Made by a program: the position numbers and the translations under genes. A stretch of 32,000 nt of DNA from Opitutales bacterium (GTDB lineage Bacteria > Verrucomicrobiota > Verrucomicrobiia > Opitutales > Coraliomargaritaceae), in assembly GCA_049606355.1 (NCBI GenBank), contig JBMYVL010000010.1:30001-62000 (forward strand). Direction: 5' to 3'. Shown piece after piece: positions 25,757 through 32,000 of this stretch (position 1 is the first letter of the stretch; each line of letters starts with the position of its first letter). The notes under the pieces are model-generated. The model had not been told where the DNA came from. It did no database searches and was given only the letters and a program-made list of their open reading frames with translations.

Positions 25757-27052
25757 TTATGCGGTGATGGTCGCACCATCAAAGACTTGCTTGCCGCCTA
25801 CATAAGTTCCTTTGACGCGGCCTTTTAAGCTACGCCCTTGCCAAGGACAGTTGCGCGAGCGGCTGAAAAATTGATCGGTATCCACAGTCCATACTTCATC
25901 CGGATCAAACAGGCAGATGTCGGCTGCCGCACCGATACTCAACGTGCCGGCATTGAGTTTGCAAATTTCGGCGCCTTTGTGGCTCATGAGAGCAATGACC
26001 TCACTCAAGGAGAGGCGACCGCTGTGGTAGAGAGTCCCTAAGGTGCTGGCGAGGGAGTTCTCCAGGCCAATAATCCCGAAGGGGGCCTGGTCGAGTTCAC
26101 AATCTTTTTCGGTGGGGGTATGGGGTGCGTGGTCGGTGGCAATACATTCTAAGGTGCCATCACAAAGACCTTCGATCAACGCCGCGCGATCTTCTGCCGT
26201 ACCCAATGGCGGGTTCATTTTGTACATGGGGTCGTAGTCCTGTAAATTGGCATCGGTGAATTCGATATGGTGGGGGCTGGCTTCACCACTCACCGGAATA
26301 CCACGCTTCTTGGCAGCGCGCAGTATGTCGACCGATGCCGCGGAACTGACGTGCTGCATGTGAATGTGCGCACCGGTTAATCGCGCTAAGATGACGTTGC
26401 GCGCGACAATGATATCTTCCGCTGCTTTCGGCCAGCCGCGCAAGCCGAGCTTGAGCGACCACTCACCTTCATTCATCACTGCGCCTTCCGTTAAGCTGGC
26501 ATCTTGGCAGTGATCCATGATCGGTAAGCCGAACATGTGGGCGTACTCTACCGCGCGGCGCATGATTTCATTACTCTGTACGCATTTACCGTCATCAGTA
26601 GCTGCGACAATGCCTGCTTTTTTGAGCTGTCCGGTCGGCGCTAATGCTTCGCCGTTCATCCCCATCGTTAAGCAACCCGTAGGATAAACGCGCACCACAG
26701 CTTCGCGTTCCACCTTATCCATAATTCGCTGGATTGTGCCGGCATTGTCGCATACCGGACTGGTGTTCGGCATGCAGACTACGGTGGTGAAGCCTCCTGC
26801 CGCGGCTGCTTCGGTGCCCGTACGGATATCCTCTTTGTGTGCTTGTCCCGGATAGCGGAAGTGCACATGGATGTCAACGAGGCCGGGTGCGACCACTAAG
26901 CCGCTGGCATCAATTTTATGCGCTGCTTTTTTTTGGGCCTCGCTCAGGCGGTCGACAATAATGCCATCGACTGCATAGAGCTCGCCGACCGCGTCGCGCT
27001 GATTGGCCGGGTCGATAATCCGCCCGCCGGTAATCCAAAGTATGTTGCTCAT
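25757..27052 (-). CDS. pyrC: Dihydroorotase
   Basis: Amidohydrolase motifs are GLVDIHVHFRYPG and ATDHAPH. The canonical start MSNILWITGGRIID is the in-frame ATG at 27052. The ORF extension to 27151 overlaps pyrB. Confidence 0.92.
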   Translation of the reverse strand: MSNILWITGGRIIDPANQRDAVGELYAVDGIIVDRLSEAQKKAAHKIDASGLVVAPGLVDIHVHFRYPGQAHKEDIRTGTEAAAAGGFTTVVCMPNTSPVCDNAGTIQRIMDKVEREAVVRVYPTGCLTMGMNGEALAPTGQLKKAGIVAATDDGKCVQSNEIMRRAVEYAHMFGLPIMDHCQDASLTEGAVMNEGEWSLKLGLRGWPKAAEDIIVARNVILARLTGAHIHMQHVSSAASVDILRAAKKRGIPVSGEASPHHIEFTDANLQDYDPMYKMNPPLGTAEDRAALIEGLCDGTLECIATDHAPHTPTEKDCELDQAPFGIIGLENSLASTLGTLYHSGRLSLSEVIALMSHKGAEICKLNAGTLSIGAAADICLFDPDEVWTVDTDQFFSRSRNCPWQGRSLKGRVKGTYVGGKQVFDGATITA

Positions 27053-27071
27053 GGTTGCTGGTTTGGGTCTT

Positions 27072-28031
27072 TTAAGCCGGTAAATCAATTGCCTTCCCGC
27101 GGTAATAGCTATGGCAGAGGTGCAGGACAGCCATGCGCACGACGACGCCATGGGTCACTTGTTGAAGGATGACCGAGCGCTCGGAGTCTGCGAGGTCCGA
27201 GTCAATTTCCACGCCACGGTTGATTGGGCCGGGGTGCATGATGATCGCATCGGGCTTAAGCCATTTGGCACGCTCCTTATTGAGCCCGAATGAACTGGTG
27301 TATTCCCCGATCGAGGGGAAATGTGTCGAAGTCTGGCGTTCGTGTTGAATCCGTAGCAGCATGACGGCATCGGCATCCTCTAGGGCGAGCTTTAAGTCAT
27401 GGCAAACGCGTGCTCCCATGGCGGCAAAGCCTTCAGGAACCAGCGTACTCGGTCCCGCGATGGTCACTTCAGCCCCCAACTTTTGTAGGCAGAGGATATT
27501 GGAGCGGGCGACACGGCTAAAAAGAATATCACCGAGGATCGTAACTTTTTTTCCGTCCAGGCGGCCCCATTTTTCCATCAGCGTGAAGCAGTCTAGCAGG
27601 GCTTGCGTCGGGTGTGCGTGCGAACCATCGCCGGCATTGATTACTGGGATATCGACCACTCGGCTGAGGTAGTGCGCCGCACCGGATGAAGCGTGCCGCA
27701 AAATGATGACATCCGCGAGCAGGGCCTGCATATTTTGCGCGGTATCGCGGAGTGTCTCGCCTTTGGTGAGGCTGCTGGCGGCCGCCGTCATGGTTAACGT
27801 GTCCGCACTGAGTTGGTTGGCGGCGACCTCGAAGGCAAGACGTGTACGGGTACTCGGCTCCAGGAAAAGATTCACCACGGTGCGGCCGTTGAGATAGGGT
27901 TGCTTTAAGCGATCTGCATCCATGGCCCCCTTGAAGGCACGTGCGGCGGCGAAAATAGTTTCAATCTCCTCTCGAGTGAGAGGCTCGATGGCGATCAGGT
28001 CTTTTCGGTTCCAGGTGAGGGGTGTGCTCAT
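27072..28031 (-). CDS. pyrB: Aspartate carbamoyltransferase catalytic subunit
   Basis: Motifs present: STRTRLAFE, HPTQALLD and HPGPINRGVEI. The size is 319 aa. It lies directly upstream of pyrC. Confidence 0.93.
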   Translation of the reverse strand: MSTPLTWNRKDLIAIEPLTREEIETIFAAARAFKGAMDADRLKQPYLNGRTVVNLFLEPSTRTRLAFEVAANQLSADTLTMTAAASSLTKGETLRDTAQNMQALLADVIILRHASSGAAHYLSRVVDIPVINAGDGSHAHPTQALLDCFTLMEKWGRLDGKKVTILGDILFSRVARSNILCLQKLGAEVTIAGPSTLVPEGFAAMGARVCHDLKLALEDADAVMLLRIQHERQTSTHFPSIGEYTSSFGLNKERAKWLKPDAIIMHPGPINRGVEIDSDLADSERSVILQQVTHGVVVRMAVLHLCHSYYRGKAIDLPA

Positions 28032-28238
28032 GAGTTTTTTTGGGTGAGTTGCTGTTTTGCAGGGCTCGGCTCCAAATGCGTCAATGTGCCCCTGTTATAG
28101 GAAAGCGCAAGGAAATAGGCAGGCATCGAAAAGTCTAGCTACAGGCATAAATAAGCAGGTTAAGCGGTTCGTTCACTGCGCTTCGAGATGGGTTGGATCA
28201 GCGGCTCACTCAACTCGTGCGCTACCGGTTCGTTGAGA

Positions 28239-30599
28239 TCATGCGCCGCCTTGCAGCCAGTTCAGCAGCTCAACATCGCTGCCAATTTTAAGCTCCGTTT
28301 GATATTCGAGGGCGAGTTGTTCGTAATAAGCAGGCTCTGCGTAGCGACGACCGTGCAATAAAATGCGTGCGTGCTGACCGGGTGCGCGCACCAAGCGTCC
28401 GAGTGCTTGATGAATGCGGCGCATCGCTGGCTCGATGTAAACTTGGCGGAAGCGCTCCTCACGCGAGAGGCCAGCCAGACTCTCCATGCGTGCCGCTTGG
28501 ATACAATTGACTTCCGGCAATGCCGGTCCAACCACGATCGCCGATGCGACCTGACCGCCGAGCTGGTCGACCCCTTCGGCATAGCTGGAGCCAAGGATTA
28601 GAAAAAGTGCATCTGCGGACACGAGTCCCTGCTCGATGAATGATTCTTGTTCGGCAAGATCCACCCCTCGTGGTTGGACGCCAATTCTCAACTCGGGGTG
28701 TATGGCACTGAGGTAAGCCTCGATTGTCTGGGCATATTGATAAGAGGGAAAGAAAACGGCTACCGGTACGCCGGGGCTCTGATGAATCATCGAGGCAACC
28801 GTATGGGCCGTGGTTGTATAGGAGTGCTCACGGTGCTTCAGGCGTGTGTCTACGCGTGTATCGATGGCGACTTCGTAGGCCGCTGCTCGCCATGGAGCGT
28901 GGCCAACTGTGAACATGGAATTATTGGTCGTTAGCCCGCAGTCCTCTCGAAAGCGCTGAGATGGTGTCAGTGTAGCGGACATTAAAATACTGCCGCCAAA
29001 TGGCTCCAGACATTCCGAGATCCATTGGCGGGCATCCAAACAGCTAGCGCGCAGGCTTCCGGCAGATGGCGCCCAGTGTAGCCATTGGTGCCGGTTGTTG
29101 GCTAGGCATTGAGCGAGCTGCGGGATGCTCCATAATTTTTCGAGCGCAAACGGTGCAACTGCGGCCCAGTCCAAACGCAGCTGTGTAAGCTGTTGTGCGA
29201 AGTCCTCGCAAAGGTCGAGCAGGGTGTACTGCGTATTGGCTGGGATCGCTTGCTGGCTCGGCAATGCTTCAATGCGCCTGCTCAATTCCTCACCTAAGTT
29301 CAAGAGGCGTCGAGGTGCTCCCGCGAGACGTAATTCTTCGAGAGCAAACAACAGCTCCGCAGCTTGGACTTCAACACTGAGTGCATCGGCCGCGCGTTGC
29401 GGGAGGTTGTGCGCCTCGTCGACGATCAAGAGGGTTTGCGCTGGATCGAAACCAATTGCATCGTTGAAGACGCTTTGTGACTGCGGCGAAAAAATATAGT
29501 TGCTGTCGCCGATCCATACTTCGGCGAAAGGTAAGCAGCATTTACTCAGGGTGTAGGGGCAGATCCCGGTTTCGGCGCCGATTGATTTCGCGCTTTCGAG
29601 GCTGAGTGTGCCATCCATGAAGAGTTGCGGAGGGTGGATGTTGGCTTCGTACCACAGCTGTGCCGAGTCTCGCTCGCACTGTGTCGTTGCCGAGCAACTG
29701 TGTTTAGTCGTGTCGATGCGGTGCTCAGTGCGGTTACGCATCTGCAGGTAGCGCACCCCAGAGCCGATCATGGCGCGTAATTGCTGGATGGTTTGTAGTT
29801 GTCCGGTGGATTTGCTGCTCAAATAGATGCAACGCTGGAAGACGCCCGCTTGCAATTGCTGCAGCGCGTGTTCAAGGACGATGCCAGTTTTTCCAAATCC
29901 AGTCGGAGCTTCCAGAAGTACCGTCTTGGCGCGTAGGGCGGAGCCGTTGAGGCTTGCTTGTAGTTCCGCTTGTCCCTCCCGAAGTTGTTGGAAGGCCGGC
30001 TTGATTTGACAGTTTTCCAGTGTGAGGCGTGCTTCACGCCGATCCTGCAAGAAAGGGAGCAGGGCTTGCAGTTGTTGTTCAAAGCGGGCTGCCTGCTGCG
30101 CATCGAGTGGAATGGTTTGCAGTGTCCCGGTATCGATGTCGATCAGTACTAATTCGGCGCGGAGTGTTTGCTCCGCGAATTCGGCTAACACACCGGCTAG
30201 CCCTAAATAGATGGCGACTTGCGCGAAGTAATCGGGGTAAGCGCTCGCTAAGTCTTCTTCGCTCGCAGGTAGCGAGTGGCGCACCGTTTTGATCTCGCGA
30301 ATTAAACAGCCATCTTCGGTGGGGATCAATTGGTCGATTCGACCACGGATCTTGAATCGCCAGTCCGCGTGTCGCCAGTCGGCGGTCACCGGTATTTCAA
30401 AACGGGCATCCGGATGGTTGGCGCGCGTTTGCTGCGCGGCACTCTGGTGCCAATCGCGCCCGACGGCAGCTCGCCACTGGCCTGTTGGAATGCGTTCGCT
30501 GGCGGGTCGATTGCGGAAGCTGGCAAGTTCGCGTACGCTTAAGGCGACACTCCGCTGATGGGCGTCAATCTGCATCTTAACATGACCGTGCCTGCGCAT
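28239..30599 (-). CDS. Fusion of an N-terminal RecB-type PD-(D/E)XK nuclease domain to an XPD/DinG-family (Rad3-like) Fe-S DNA helicase
   Basis: Nuclease motifs are GRID(89)QL, IRE(102)IK(104)T and Q(127)VAIY. Walker A is EAPTGFGKTG (residues 230-239). Cys302, 308, 347, 354 and 355 lie between Walker A and the DEAH box VDEAHNL (residues 393-399), as in XPD-type 4Fe-4S domains. C-terminal HD2 motifs are SATL and SYAEGVD ... RLVRAPG. An alternative ATG is at 30575. Confidence 0.8.
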   Translation of the reverse strand: MRRHGHVKMQIDAHQRSVALSVRELASFRNRPASERIPTGQWRAAVGRDWHQSAAQQTRANHPDARFEIPVTADWRHADWRFKIRGRIDQLIPTEDGCLIREIKTVRHSLPASEEDLASAYPDYFAQVAIYLGLAGVLAEFAEQTLRAELVLIDIDTGTLQTIPLDAQQAARFEQQLQALLPFLQDRREARLTLENCQIKPAFQQLREGQAELQASLNGSALRAKTVLLEAPTGFGKTGIVLEHALQQLQAGVFQRCIYLSSKSTGQLQTIQQLRAMIGSGVRYLQMRNRTEHRIDTTKHSCSATTQCERDSAQLWYEANIHPPQLFMDGTLSLESAKSIGAETGICPYTLSKCCLPFAEVWIGDSNYIFSPQSQSVFNDAIGFDPAQTLLIVDEAHNLPQRAADALSVEVQAAELLFALEELRLAGAPRRLLNLGEELSRRIEALPSQQAIPANTQYTLLDLCEDFAQQLTQLRLDWAAVAPFALEKLWSIPQLAQCLANNRHQWLHWAPSAGSLRASCLDARQWISECLEPFGGSILMSATLTPSQRFREDCGLTTNNSMFTVGHAPWRAAAYEVAIDTRVDTRLKHREHSYTTTAHTVASMIHQSPGVPVAVFFPSYQYAQTIEAYLSAIHPELRIGVQPRGVDLAEQESFIEQGLVSADALFLILGSSYAEGVDQLGGQVASAIVVGPALPEVNCIQAARMESLAGLSREERFRQVYIEPAMRRIHQALGRLVRAPGQHARILLHGRRYAEPAYYEQLALEYQTELKIGSDVELLNWLQGGA

Positions 30600-30698
30600 C
30601 AGTGGGAGCTTGGCAGGGCAACGACTTTAGGATTTCCATAAACCACACAATAGGCATGCTCGTGAACCGCTGAGCAAACAATAATTCGCTATTATACT

Positions 30699-31630
<932 letters not shown>

Positions 31631-31634
<4 letters not shown>

Positions 31635-32000
31635 GCATTAAGTGCGAGGCGGCGATGGCCACGCGCACATTCGAAAAATACCATTGCTGTAGCGATCAAC
31701 AGCATTCCGGTTAGTGCGACTGCTGTCGGGGTGGATTCCATTAAGATCCAATAACCGATAAAGGGCGCTACGGTACCGCGCAGCCCCGTCAGCGCCATGT
31801 GGATACTCATGTAAGCGGAAGCCGACTCTTCGGGCGCGATTTTTGTCACCCATAATCCCCAGAATATTTTACCGCCTCCCATTGCGATCCCCTGGAAAGC
31901 CATAGCAATACCCAGCACTATAATATGGGTGCTAAAGAAGAACAGCCCCACACTGAGTAAGAAAAACAGGTTGAGCCAATTGCGCGTAGTGACGAAGTGT
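31631..32000 (-). CDS. C-terminal part of a polytopic transporter (MFS-like); the gene continues beyond the right edge
   Basis: The frame stays open upstream of the listed GTG at 31951 (…[22 protein letters not shown]…). Three or four hydrophobic helices are visible. The stop overlaps the UXS stop region in a convergent arrangement. Confidence 0.5.

Noticed and set aside
27053-27151. A 33-codon extension of the pyrC ORF
   Set aside because: It overlaps the pyrB 3' end. The dihydroorotase N-terminus (MSNILWITGGRIID) begins at 27052.

Overview
This is a densely coded chromosomal segment with about 30 genes and short spacers, from a diderm bacterium. The gene content (TonB-dependent receptor, AmmeMemoRadiSam trio, ArsR-methyltransferase fusion) would fit a PVC/Verrucomicrobiota-like genome, but I cannot verify that without a database search. 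Most of the window is housekeeping: rpsA, a SWIM-SNF2 helicase, rlmN, proA, a PfkB kinase, xseA, pyrB-pyrC, yicC, a NUDIX hydrolase and a UDP-glucuronate decarboxylase. I found no rRNA, tRNA, CRISPR array, transposase, integrase or long repeat. One regulatory RNA is clear: a TPP (THI-box) riboswitch on the minus strand ahead of a TonB-dependent receptor. The best candidate for an undescribed system is the minus-strand gene pair 9537->6174. The first gene encodes a 585-aa polytopic membrane protein whose last three helices look like an ExbB/TolQ/MotA proton-channel module. The second encodes a 521-aa protein whose only TM helix carries a buried Asp, as in ExbD/TolR/MotB. That helix is followed by a coiled coil of about 225 residues and a C-terminal domain with the motif spacing of an HtrA-like serine protease that has lost its nucleophile. 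Secondary items are a split AmmeMemoRadiSam cluster, a RecB-type nuclease fused to an XPD/DinG-type Fe-S helicase, a SahR-like ArsR-methyltransferase regulator, and an unassigned AT-rich 350-nt spacer bounded by hairpins. Every functional call rests on motif recognition by eye. Coordinates of non-ORF features may be off by 1-2 nt.
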